Positions 19,228 through 29,060 of a stretch of DNA of 64,000 bases are shown piece by piece (the first letter of the stretch is position 1; each line of letters begins with the position of its first letter). A model generated the notes under the pieces. The model ran no database searches and had not been told where the DNA came from. It saw nothing but the letters and a program-made list of their open reading frames with translations. The position numbers were made by a program, and so were the translations under genes. This DNA comes from an uncultured Chloroflexia bacterium (lineage in GTDB: Bacteria > Chloroflexota > Anaerolineae > Anaerolineales > E44-bin32), in contig CAVUPD010000001.1 of assembly GCA_963743255.1 (NCBI GenBank), forward strand, positions 122,854 through 186,853. Reading direction: 5' to 3'.

Positions 19228-20871
19228 ATGACCGACGAGAGCGGGAAACGCCCTTCCCCCGCGTGATCGTCATCGCCGACGTCGAAGCCAACGCCCAGGC
19301 GCTGGTCAAGCGCGTCCTCACCCCGGCCGGCATGCAATCCTGGATCGAGACCGCCAAGGCCCCGCCCTGCGATGTGCTCGTCGTCGACGTCACCCAGCTG
19401 CGCGGCGACCCGCTGGCCGGGCTGCGCGCCCGCCGTGACGCCGGCGACATGACCCCGGCGATCGTGCTGGCGGCCCATTTCTCCCCGGCCCGCATCCGCG
19501 ATCTCTTCCGCCTCAACGTCGGCGACGTGCTCCTCAAGCCCTACCGGCCCGAGGACCTGATCCAGGCCGTCCTCGATCTGGCCGAGTTGCGGTCGGCCGA
19601 GGCGAATACCCAAATTCTGTCCCGCAAGCTCGACACGCTGCGCGAGCAGTTCAAGCGCCGTTCGGAGGAGGTCCGCACGCTGTCCGAGATTGGCCGGGCG
19701 GTGGTCAGCCTGGGAGACCTGGACGCGATTCTGGCCCGTGTCGTCGAGGCGGCGGCCTTCCTGTCCGACGGCGAAGAGGCCAACATCTACCTGGCCGAAC
19801 CGGGTACCACGCGACCTGGTCCTGCGCGCCAGCAAGCAGGCCGGCGAAAAGCACGCCTCGCTGCAGCGCCTGCGCGTCTACGACACGCTGGTCGGCCAGG
19901 TATTCCAAACCGGGCAGCCGCTTCTGCACCAACCGTCGCTCGAGGGCAGCACGGTCAAAGTGCAGACGGGGTTCCTGGTGCAGTCGTTGATCGAGGTTCC
20001 CCTGCGCGTCGGCAACCGAGTCGTCGGCGTCCTGGGTGTGTACAATCGCCTGGCGCCGCGCGCATTCACCCAGCACCAACTGACGTTGATGCAGGCGCTG
20101 ACCGATTGGGCCGGGGTGGCTCTTGAGCACGCCTCGCTGCTTAACAAAGCCCGGAGTGCCGCACCCGAGAAGGCGGAGGCCGGCCCAATCGCCCTGGCGC
20201 CGCAGTCACTCGTCGACGGCTTACGCCAGGCGGCGGAAGGATTGGGCATGGTGATCGAGGAAGGTGCCGGCGCCATTGCTGAGGTCCAGCGTCGCCAGCT
20301 GCAGAGGCTGCTGGCGCTCCTGCGGCAGCTCGGCACCCTGCCCGTGGCGCTGATCGACGATCAGGGGGCAGAGGGCCTGGTGGATATGACGGAGGTGATC
20401 GGCTCCGTCGTCGACGAACTAAAGGATGAGGCGGCCCGCAGCGAGATCGAGTTGGTCATCCAGCCCGGGCCGCAGCTTCCGCACCTGCACATCGACCGGC
20501 CGCAGGTACGCCAGATCCTGATCTCCCTGATCAGCGCTTCGATGCGCCGTGTCGGCCGCGGCCGGGTGGAGATCGCTACTCATCGCTTCAACGTCGCCCA
20601 GGGTCGGGCGACCGGCCATTCGGTCCCAGGTGGGCTCACTTTGCGGGATGGGATGTGGGCGGCCGTGGACGTGGCCGACAACAGCCAGGGCTACTCGCCC
20701 GACACGCTCTACGCACTCACGGCGCGCACCGCCGACCCGAACGCCGGGCGCAGCGGGCCCGGGCTGAGCATGGGGGAGACTCGTATGGTGGCCGAGGCCC
20801 TGGGGGGAGAGTTGTGGCACTCGAAGCCGCCCTCGGGGACGTGCATCACCTTCGCATTGCCGGCAGCCTGA
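19228..20871 (+). CDS. REC-like / GAF / HATPase_c signalling protein without a recognisable H-box; apparent frameshifts near 19258 and 19805
   Basis: RBS GGAGGG plus ATG 19228 are out of frame with the body unless one C is added to the C5 run at 19256-60. The receiver-like part (VIVIADVE...VLVVDVT...LLKPY) and the start of the GAF domain lie in track ORF 18927..20126. The rest of GAF (VGVLGVYN) and the ATPase G-boxes (DNSQGY, GPGLSMGETRMVAEALGGEL) lie in 19690..20871. Confidence 0.7.
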
Positions 20872-20883
20872 GCGGAGGGTCCC

Positions 20884-21489
20884 ATGGCCTACAAACCCGT
20901 ATCGGTCGAGCTCTACACCACCAGCCACCGGATCCTGGGCAAGATCACACCCGGGGCGGCAGGCCTGTTCTCCTTTCTCAACATCCCAACCACCTCCTAC
21001 ATCGAGGTCGAGGGCGCACATCTCAATCGCCTTCATCAACCCGGCCGTCTGGTCGCCCGCTACCCGTCGGTGTGGATCGCCAAGCACAAGGTGGTCGCCA
21101 TCCTGCTGAGCAATCGGGCGGAGATGGGGCCAACGGGCATGGCGCGCGGCGGGTACTCGACCTCGGCGCCGCACTGGACGCACATCATGCTCGGGGGCTA
21201 TGAACTGCGGGGCATGATCGAGTCGCCGGGCAAGTTCGATTTCGGCGCGTTGATGTTCCAGAGCGAGCGCCTGTTCGTTCCGATCTACATCGCCAAGCTT
21301 TTCGCCATCCTGTTCCCGAGCGTCGAGGCCGAATCACAGGCCATGCTCTTCAATCGCTCGATGGTCGATGGCATGGCGCTGCTGCCCAAGGATGAGATCC
21401 CCGAGCAGTACCGGTCCGCGGCAGTGCCCGGTACGAGCCCGCTCGTTCCCAACCTGCCGAGCAGGGGCGGCACCGGCCCGCTACCGTAG
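20884..21489 (+). CDS. hypothetical protein
   Basis: 201-aa ORF with RBS GGAGGG and coding-like composition. I recognised no motif. Confidence 0.55.
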   Translation: MAYKPVSVELYTTSHRILGKITPGAAGLFSFLNIPTTSYIEVEGAHLNRLHQPGRLVARYPSVWIAKHKVVAILLSNRAEMGPTGMARGGYSTSAPHWTHIMLGGYELRGMIESPGKFDFGALMFQSERLFVPIYIAKLFAILFPSVEAESQAMLFNRSMVDGMALLPKDEIPEQYRSAAVPGTSPLVPNLPSRGGTGPLP

Positions 21490-21559
21490 TCCTGTGATCT
21501 GAACCGCGGCACGGACGGTACGCTGGCGCCCGCGCCTCGTCATCCACCGGGGGGCAAGG

Positions 21560-23905
21560 ATGACGCTCTTCACCCTGGCGCTCGTGTGGCTGATCGGGAT
21601 CGGCCTCGGGGCGCGGATTCCGCTCTCCACGCCGCAGTGGATGATCCTGGCCGCCCTCGCTCTGGCGGCCAGATTGCTGATACGTCACGGGCGTAGCGCG
21701 CTGGTCTTTGGCGGGCTGCTGGTCCTGTTCTCCGGCGCCGCCCGATTCCAATCCAACCTCCAGCCCCCCACCCCCGACGCCGTCCGGTGGCTGAACGATA
21801 CCGGCCATGCCGTCCAACTGACTGGCATCGTCGCAGACTATCCGGACGTGCGCGACGCCTATACCGGGCTGCGCGTGCGCGTGCAGCAGGTCGAACTGGA
21901 CGGCCAGCCTCGTCCGGCGCAGGGGCTCGTACTGGTGTACGCCGACCCCTCGGGCGGCTGGGCCTACGGCGACGTGGTCACAGCCTTCGGCCGTCTCGAG
22001 ACACCCCCTGAATTCCCCGACTTCTCTTACCGCGAATACCTCGCCCGACAGGGCGTTCACAGTCAGATGCCGCGCGCCAGCGTCACCCGCCTGGCCTCCG
22101 GCCGCGGCAACCCTGTGTTGCAGCGCGTGTACGCCTACCGGGCACACGCGCAGGTGGTGCTGCGAGCACTGGTCCCCGAGCCGGAGGCATCGCTGCTCTC
22201 GGGGATCCTGCTGGGAATCGAGAGTGGTATCCCCGCCGACCTGCGTCAGGCTTACAACACCACCGGCACGGCGCACATCATCGCTATCTCCGGCTTCAAT
22301 ATCGCCATCATCGCCGGGTTATTCGGCAAACTCTTCACCCGCTGGTTCGGCGCCCGCCGCGGCACGCTCGCCGCGCTGCTGGGGATCGCCGTGTACACCG
22401 TGCTCGTCGGGACCGGGGCCTCCGTCGTGCGCGCAGCCCTGATGGCCGGGCTGGCCCTCGCCGCACAGCGACTCGGACGGCAGGGCGACGCGCTTGCCGG
22501 GCTCGGCGCGGCGGGGATCTTGATGACGCTCGCCAATCCGTACACGCTGTGGGATGCCGGTTTCCAGCTATCCTTCGGCGCCACGCTCGGGTTGGTGTTG
22601 TACGCCGAGCCGCTCAAGGCGGCTTTCGTGCGAACGATCGGCCATTGGGTTACCGCTGAGCGCGCGGCGCAGATCGCCGGCCCTGTCGGCGAGTATGCCC
22701 TGTTCACATTGGCGGCGCAGGTGACGACGCTTCCGCTGACTGCAGCCTACTTCCACCGGCTGTCCCTTGTGGCCTTGATCGCCAACCCACTCGTGCTACC
22801 GGCCCAGCCGGCCGTGATGATGTTGGGAGGAATGGCGGCAATCGCCGGGTCGGCCTGGCTGCCGCTCGGGCGTCCGCTGGCATGGATCGCCTGGCCGTTC
22901 GTCGCTTATACCAACCGCGTTGTCGAATGGTTCGCCGGCTGGCCGGGGGCCTCCCTGCCCCTGGGAAACGTCGGCCCGCTCGTCGTCGTCATCTACTATG
23001 TCGCGCTCTTCGGGTTGACGTTCGGCTGGGGGCGCGTGCGGGCGCGATGGCCGGACGTCAGATTCCCGAGTCTCTCCGCGAGTGCCGAACTCGGGGCCCT
23101 GGCGATCGCCTGCGCGTTTGTCTGGCGCGCGGCCAGCGACCACCCGGACGGCCTGCTGCGCGTCACCGTCCTCGACGTCGGCGGCGGGGGCGCGGTGCTG
23201 ATCCAGTCGCCGACCGGGCGGAGTGTGCTCATCGACAGCGGACCCAGCCCGGTGGCGCTGGCCGAGGCGCTCGGCCGCAGGCTTGCCTTCCACGATTCCG
23301 GGATCGATGTCTACGTGATGAGCGGCAGTCCCGGCGTCACGTGCGCCGGACTGCAGGGCCTGCAGGGACGCTTCCCCGTGGCTATTGCTATCGTCCCGAT
23401 GGGAATCAGCGCCCCCGACTGCCGCGAGGCGGAGGCATGGCTGGTCTCCTCGGGCACACGCTTCGCCCGCGCCGCGACCGGAATGGGCGTCGACCTGGGA
23501 GCGGGCGCCCGCCTCGAAGTGCTGTCCTCCGGCGAGCATGGCCTGGCTCTCGGACTGGTATACAACCGGGCGCGGTTCCTCCTACCGCTCGGCGCCAATC
23601 CCGAGATGATCGATGAGCTTCTGCATTCCGGTCGTCTGCTGCGTGCCCAGGCGCTCGTCCTGGCCGACAGCGGCTACGCCGCCGTCAACCCACCGGAGCT
23701 GTTCGAACGCGTGCAACCGCTGGCCGCCGTCATCGGCGTCGAGGCCGATGATCGCCGCGGTTTGCCGTCGCCCGAAGTCCTTGAGACGTTGAAGGGGACG
23801 ACGGTCCTTCGCACCGACCATCATGGGTGGATTGCTTTCCGCACCGACGGACAAAGCCTGTGGGTCGAGGTCGAACGGAGGGGGGCGGAGGAGCAGCCCG
23901 GTTAA
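21560..23905 (+). CDS. comEC: DNA internalisation competence protein ComEC/Rec2 (with metallo-beta-lactamase-like C-terminal domain)
   Basis: 781 aa. It has an N-terminal OB-like region, a polytopic competence domain (AHIIAISGFNIAIIAGL) and a C-terminal lactamase_B-like domain (VTVLDVGGGGAVLIQSPTG). Confidence 0.88.
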   Translation: MTLFTLALVWLIGIGLGARIPLSTPQWMILAALALAARLLIRHGRSALVFGGLLVLFSGAARFQSNLQPPTPDAVRWLNDTGHAVQLTGIVADYPDVRDAYTGLRVRVQQVELDGQPRPAQGLVLVYADPSGGWAYGDVVTAFGRLETPPEFPDFSYREYLARQGVHSQMPRASVTRLASGRGNPVLQRVYAYRAHAQVVLRALVPEPEASLLSGILLGIESGIPADLRQAYNTTGTAHIIAISGFNIAIIAGLFGKLFTRWFGARRGTLAALLGIAVYTVLVGTGASVVRAALMAGLALAAQRLGRQGDALAGLGAAGILMTLANPYTLWDAGFQLSFGATLGLVLYAEPLKAAFVRTIGHWVTAERAAQIAGPVGEYALFTLAAQVTTLPLTAAYFHRLSLVALIANPLVLPAQPAVMMLGGMAAIAGSAWLPLGRPLAWIAWPFVAYTNRVVEWFAGWPGASLPLGNVGPLVVVIYYVALFGLTFGWGRVRARWPDVRFPSLSASAELGALAIACAFVWRAASDHPDGLLRVTVLDVGGGGAVLIQSPTGRSVLIDSGPSPVALAEALGRRLAFHDSGIDVYVMSGSPGVTCAGLQGLQGRFPVAIAIVPMGISAPDCREAEAWLVSSGTRFARAATGMGVDLGAGARLEVLSSGEHGLALGLVYNRARFLLPLGANPEMIDELLHSGRLLRAQALVLADSGYAAVNPPELFERVQPLAAVIGVEADDRRGLPSPEVLETLKGTTVLRTDHHGWIAFRTDGQSLWVEVERRGAEEQPG

Positions 23906-23959
23906 CTCGGCACGCGGTTTCCCGTCCTGGCTTCCGCGGCGCAGCGTCCGCAAGGGACC

Positions 23960-23983
23960 CGAGGCGAGGTCCCCCTCGCCTCG
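23960..23983. terminator. hairpin between the convergent comEC and SIMPL genes
   Basis: 10-bp perfect stem CGAGGCGAGG / CCTCGCCTCG with loop TCCC. There is no U tract, so this is a weak call. Confidence 0.35.
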
Positions 23984-24006
23984 AGCCCGAGTCGCCGGAG
24001 CCCGCC

Positions 24007-24822
24007 TCACTCAAGCCCGTAGACGACGCCGACCTCGGCCCGGATCGAGATCTGCCCCAGGCTGACAGGTCCATCGTCACTCGTCCCGGACGTCCCGCCG
24101 CTTGGGCTGGCGTTCTGGACGACATTCTGCGCCCACAAGTTCTGGTCGCGCCCATACCACCAGCTGTTGAAATACGACCAGGTGTTCTCGTTGATCGAAA
24201 GCACACATCCGGGCCTGGCTCCGGCGGCGCCTGCCAGGGCAGCGGCTTTCTCGCCGGCCGCCTTCATCGCCAGCTCGCGCGCCTGGTCCCGATACTGGCG
24301 CAGCTCGCTGGTGTAGAACTCGACATTGACCACCTGGTTGGCGCCCGCCTTCAGCGCCGCGGCGATCACGGGGCTTACCATCGTCACCTTTCGCAGCGTA
24401 ACGGCGACCAGGTTGTTGATCCGGTAGCCCTTGATGAACAACGAGTCGTAGTCCTCGTAGATCGGCTCGATGATGTACCAGTCGGTGGCGATGTCCTTCT
24501 CGGCGACCCCCTGGCCACGGAGCGCCTGGATCACCTTCTGGATCGCCCGCGTGTTGGCTGTCTCGACCTCGTTGACCGTCACGCCATTCGACTGCACGCC
24601 GAGCTGGATCAGGACGCGGTCTGGGGTGACGTTGACCACCGCAGTCCCACTGACCTGGATCGTGCGGTTGGAAGTGCAGGCGGCCGGAACGGGCGGCGTG
24701 ACAGTGGGCGTTGGTGCCGGGGCAGAAGCGTGAGCCGTCAGCGGCGGAAGGCCGACGGCGATCACGGCCAGGAAGAGCGCACCGGTCATGAGGGCGTTGA
24801 GGATGGCAGAGAGCGGTTTCAT
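24007..24822 (-). CDS. SIMPL (DUF541) domain secreted protein
   Basis: Signal peptide, then TIQVSGTAVVNVTPDRVLIQLGV...AIQKVIQALRGQGVAEKDIAT, typical of the SIMPL / 26-kDa periplasmic protein family. Confidence 0.8.
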   Translation of the reverse strand: MKPLSAILNALMTGALFLAVIAVGLPPLTAHASAPAPTPTVTPPVPAACTSNRTIQVSGTAVVNVTPDRVLIQLGVQSNGVTVNEVETANTRAIQKVIQALRGQGVAEKDIATDWYIIEPIYEDYDSLFIKGYRINNLVAVTLRKVTMVSPVIAAALKAGANQVVNVEFYTSELRQYRDQARELAMKAAGEKAAALAGAAGARPGCVLSINENTWSYFNSWWYGRDQNLWAQNVVQNASPSGGTSGTSDDGPVSLGQISIRAEVGVVYGLE

Positions 24823-24883
24823 GAGACCTCCTGAAGGGGAGAGGGCTCCTCAAACCGTACGCTGTCCCTGGGTCAGGAGGGTG

Positions 24884-26369
24884 TCAGGACTCGGGCAGTT
24901 GCCGGGCGGTTGTCGAGGCAGGAAGCCAGAAGAAGATGCTGGCACCCTGCCCTGCGCTGCTCTCCACGCCGATTCGTCCACCCTGCGCTCCGATCAGAGC
25001 GCGTGCGATCGCCAGGCCCAGGCCGGCGCCGCCCGAGGCCCGGTCCCGTGCGGCGTCGACGCGGTAGAAGCGTTCGAAGACAAAGGGGATGTGTTCGGCC
25101 GGGATCCCCGGGCCCTGATCCCGCACCGAGCAGCGCACTCCCTCTCCGGCGCGTTCTAGCTCCACCACGACGGCAGATCGCTCAGGCGCGTGGCGAAGGG
25201 CGTTGTCGAGCAGGTTGTCGAGCACCTGCGCCAGACGATCGGCATCGCCCCGGACCAGGAAGTCCCTCGGGGGGCCGTTTCGGTCCGCCACGACACGAAT
25301 GTCCACCTGCCGTCGAGTGCCTAGCGTGCCGAAGCGCTCGCAGCGGTCGCGCGCCAGCGCCGCCAGGTCCAATGGCTCCATGTTCAACCGCAGTGCGCCG
25401 GCGTCGGCTCGGGTGAGCACGAGCAGCTCGTTGACCAGGCGGATCAGCCGATCGGTCTCGCGTTCCATCGACGCCAGGAGTGGCTGGCGTCCTTCGACGT
25501 CGTCCAGCGCGCCGTCCTCTAGAGTCTCGATCGTCCCCTTGATCACCGTCAGCGGAGTCCGCAGTTCGTGCGTCACGTCGGCCAGGAAGGCGGTCTTGGC
25601 CTGGTCGGACTGGCGCAGGCTTGCCGTCATGGTATTGAATGCCTCGCCCAGGCTGTGCAGCTCAACGATGTCGCTGTCGGCGGGGACCGGTTGGCTCAGG
25701 TCGCCGGCGCTGACGGCCTCGGCCGCGCCGGCGAGCGTCACCAGCGGCCGTGCGAGGCGGCGGGCAAGCAGTGTTCCGGCGACACCGGCAAGCAGGATGG
25801 CAGCCAGGACCGCGCCAGCGAACTCGAGCGTCGCGCCGGCAGGAAGGCCGCCCGCCGGCAGCGGCATCGCCAGGTAGGCAATCCCTGCCAGGCTGCCATC
25901 GGCGGCCAGGATGGGTGCGGCGGCGTATAACACCCGCCGATTGCCGGCGGCGGCGACACGGCGGACCGCCGTCGCTGCCTCACCCTGCATGGCCTGCTGG
26001 ATCTCGGGCCGGTGGAGCAGCTCGTCTGACGCAACGAACCCTGCATTCTCGGCCGCCGGCACCTGGGCTTGCGAGCCGCCGCGCGAGGGGAAGCCCGACA
26101 ACGACCGCGCCCTGCTGCCCGAGCACGCGGGTGTGGATGCCCGGCACGACATTCGATGTCTGGACGTACGGTTCGACGGGACCGGCGGGCAGCGGCGCGC
26201 CCTGCAGCGCGGCTGCTGTCAGTCGCGCCTGGGCGAGCAAGTTCTCGCTTTGGGCGTCGAGGTAGAGCTGCTCGACGGTGAGCCAGGCGAGAAGTCCTGC
26301 CAGGCCCATCCCAAGGACGAGGACGGTCAAGTAGCTGAGGGTCAGGCGCGACTGCAGGCGGGTGCGCAT
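24884..26369 (-). CDS. sensor histidine kinase (TM-sensor-HAMP-HisKA-HATPase), one apparent frameshift near 26090
   Basis: The N-terminus MRTRLQSRLTLSYLTVLVLGMGLAGLL lies in track ORF 25980..26555 (ATG 26369-67). The body lies in 24884..26152, with the H-box FLADVTHELRTPLTVIKG and the G-boxes GAGLGLAIA. Confidence 0.85.
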
Positions 26370-26373
26370 GGCG

Positions 26374-27067
26374 TCACGCGGTGAGGCGGTAACCGACCCC
26401 GCGCACGGCTTCGATGCCGTCGGCCTCGGGGGACGCCCGGCGCAGGGCGGCTCGCAGGCGTTTGACGGCACTGTCGACGGCGCGGGTGTCGCCGGCGAAG
26501 TCATAACCCCAGGCCTGTTCCAGCAGGCGCTCGCGGCTGAGGACCTTCCCGGCATTGAGCAGCAGGCAGTGCAGCAGGTCGAACTCGAGGCGCGTCAACT
26601 CGATGGGCTCCAAGCCGATCGTGACCAGGCGCCGCTCGACGTCCAGGCTCAGGTCGCCGGGGCCGTGCAGGACCGCCGCCGGCGCGGGCTGCCCCTCTCC
26701 CGGTCGGGCACGGCGCAAGACGGCTTTGACCCGCGCCAGCAGCTCGCGCATGCTGAACGGTTTGGTGAGGTAGTCGTCGGCGCCAAGCTCGAGCCCGATG
26801 ACCCGATCGGTTTCCTCGCCCAGTGCGGTGATCATGATGATCGGCACGGAGCTGGACTTGCGCAGCTCGCGGCACACGTCCAGCCCGTCGATTTCGGGGA
26901 GCATCAGATCGAGCAGGATCAGGTCGGCGTTCGCCTCGGACGCCAATCGCAGCGCCTTCTCGCCCGTCGGCGGCAGTCAGCACGTCGTAGTGCGCCTTGC
27001 GCAGGTTGTAGGCCAGCAGGTCGGTGACCGACGGTTCGTCGTCGACGACGAGGATGCGTGCGGACAT
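26374..27067 (-). CDS. OmpR/PhoB-family response regulator, one apparent frameshift near 26965
   Basis: MSARILVVDDEPSVTDLLAYNL lies in the frame of ORF 26501..27280. It continues as EKALRLASEANADLILLDLMLPEIDG...TKPF plus a winged-helix region (LTRLEFDLLHCLLLNAG...GVGYRL) in ORF 26374..26946. Confidence 0.88.
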
Positions 27068-27070
27068 TGG

Positions 27071-27090
27071 GCACAGGATAGCACAGGATT
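27071..27090 (-). promoter_or_regulatory. tandem 10-bp direct repeat GCACAGGATA/GCACAGGATT abutting the RR start; also reads as extended -10 TGCTATCCT 7 nt before the ATG
   Basis: The minus strand reads AATCCTGTGC-TATCCTGTGC-CCA-ATG. This is either an OmpR-type direct-repeat operator or a leaderless promoter. There is no SD. Confidence 0.35.
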
Positions 27091-27757
27091 GTGGCAGGCC
27101 GGTGTCAGGGGAGCGGCAGGCGTGTAGAACGCGTCCCATCTTCTTTCTGGACCGCTCCAAAGACCCCGGGGGTCCCAGATAATCGGTCGAACAAGGAACG
27201 GCGGCACGCAGGGAACTCGCCATGACGGGCGCAACACGCGTTGTGTCGCTCCCGAGGGCGTGAGGGGAGCGCGGCCCCAATTGCGCGGCCTTGGACCACG
27301 ATAGATAATGGGTGGGGACGGCCGAAAGTCGCCAGCCGTTCTCCTCGCGACTTGCCGTGATGACATCGTGTGGGGGTCGGTCTTGCCCGCTTCACCACGT
27401 ACGCCCGTCTTCGCAGCCATCCCGGTTCCGTCCCCGCAGGCCGGCAAGCAGCCCTGCCTGGGATTCCGAGGCCAATCTGCCGCTCGTGGAGACGGTCCTG
27501 GCGCGGTGCCTGGATCTCACCCCGCCGCTCAGGTCCTTCGGCACAGGTTCAAGTGCCCTTAAGATCCCTTTGGGGCAGTGTCTTTGATGGGTGGAACCTT
27601 AAGGGCCGTCTGCTGGACATTCCCCATGGTGGTGGCGCGGCACAAGTTGCTTCGATCGCAAGCGAGATTCGCCTTTCGCAAGTCAGGACACTCCTGAGTG
27701 GATGATCAGATCGGCGCCCCAGCCAACACGCCCCGCCCGGGCGCCGACGGAGGCCTC

Positions 27758-28965
27758 ATGTCTGAACAGCATCGCCCCTTGCTGGACGGAGTCATGGTTG
27801 TTGACCTGACGCGTGTACTGGCCGGACCGTATTGCACGATGATGCTTGGAGACCTGGGCGCGGAGGTCGTCAAGGTCGAAGAGCCGAGACTGGGCGATGA
27901 CACGCGTGCATGGGGACCGCCTTTCGCCCCGGGAGGCGAGTCGGCCTATTTTCTTTCTGCCAACCGAAACAAGAGAAGCCTGACGCTCAACCTGAAGACG
28001 GACGAGGGGAAGGCTATCTTACGGCGCTTGATCGCGCGCGGCGACGTCCTCGTAGACAACTTCCGCACCGGCACGCTGGAGAGTTGGGGGCTTCGACTAT
28101 CCCACCCTGCAATCGATCCGTCCGGGGCTGATTGTCTGCTCCATCACCGGCTACGGTCAGACGGGGCCGTACCGTCATCGACCGGGGTACGACTTCATGG
28201 TCCAGGCCATGGGTGGGTTCATGAGCCTGACAGGGCCGGCAGACGGCGAGCCCTTCCGGGCCGGTGTCGCCATCGCTGATCTCGGGGCGGGAATGTTCGC
28301 GGCCACATCGATCCTGGCCGCCCTCTTCGCGCGGGAGCGCACCGGGGACGGGCAGCGCATTGATATCTCTTTACTGGACACGCAGGTTGCGCTGCTGTCC
28401 TACGTGGCCAGCAATTTCCTCGTCTCGGGGCAGCCCCCCACCCGCTACGGGAACGGCCATCCCAATCTCGTTCCGTACCAGTCGTTCCGGGCCCAGGACG
28501 GATATTTCGCCTTTGCCTCAGGGAACGACTCCCAGTGGAAGCGCTTCTGTGAGAGAGTGGACAAGGTCCGAGTGGGCTGAGGATTCGCGCTTTGCTACGA
28601 ACAAGGCACGCGTCGAGAACCGTGGTGCTGTCGTCGAATTGCTGAGCGTTCTGTTTCGGACACGCCCGGCGCAGGCCTGGATCGACTTGTGCGAGGCGAT
28701 CGGGATTCCGGCGGCTCCGATCAATAGCGTCGACCGGGTCTTCGCCGATCCGCAAGTCATCGCGCGCGGGATGCGGACCGAGGTCGACCATCCGACCGCC
28801 GGATGCGTGCCGATGATCGGATCGCCTCTCTGCATCCCGACCTCCCCTGCGCAGATCTTCCGTGCGCCGCCCACCCTCGGGCAGCACACAGACGAAGTGC
28901 TTGTCAGTCTGCTGGGCTACACCGCGGACGAGGTGAGCGCCTGGCACCAGGCTGGCGTCATCTAG
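27758..28965 (+). CDS. family III CoA-transferase (CaiB/BaiF/Frc type), two apparent frameshifts (near 28090 and 28560)
   Basis: RBS GGAGG plus ATG 27758. The sequence reads LDGVMVVDLTRVLAGPYCTMMLGDLGAEVVKVE...SANRNKRS. Deleting one G from the G5 run at 28087-91 restores LESWGFDYPTLQSIRPGLIVCSITGYGQTGPY. The remaining parts lie in ORFs 28197..28580 and 28264..28965. Confidence 0.85.
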
Positions 28966-29060
28966 GCGCCTCAGCGCGATTCGGTCACTCGATCCGGACC
29001 GGTGCGCAGGCGTGAAGTCTGGATGGGGAGTATTCAGACGTACAGGCGGCGGATCGGGCT

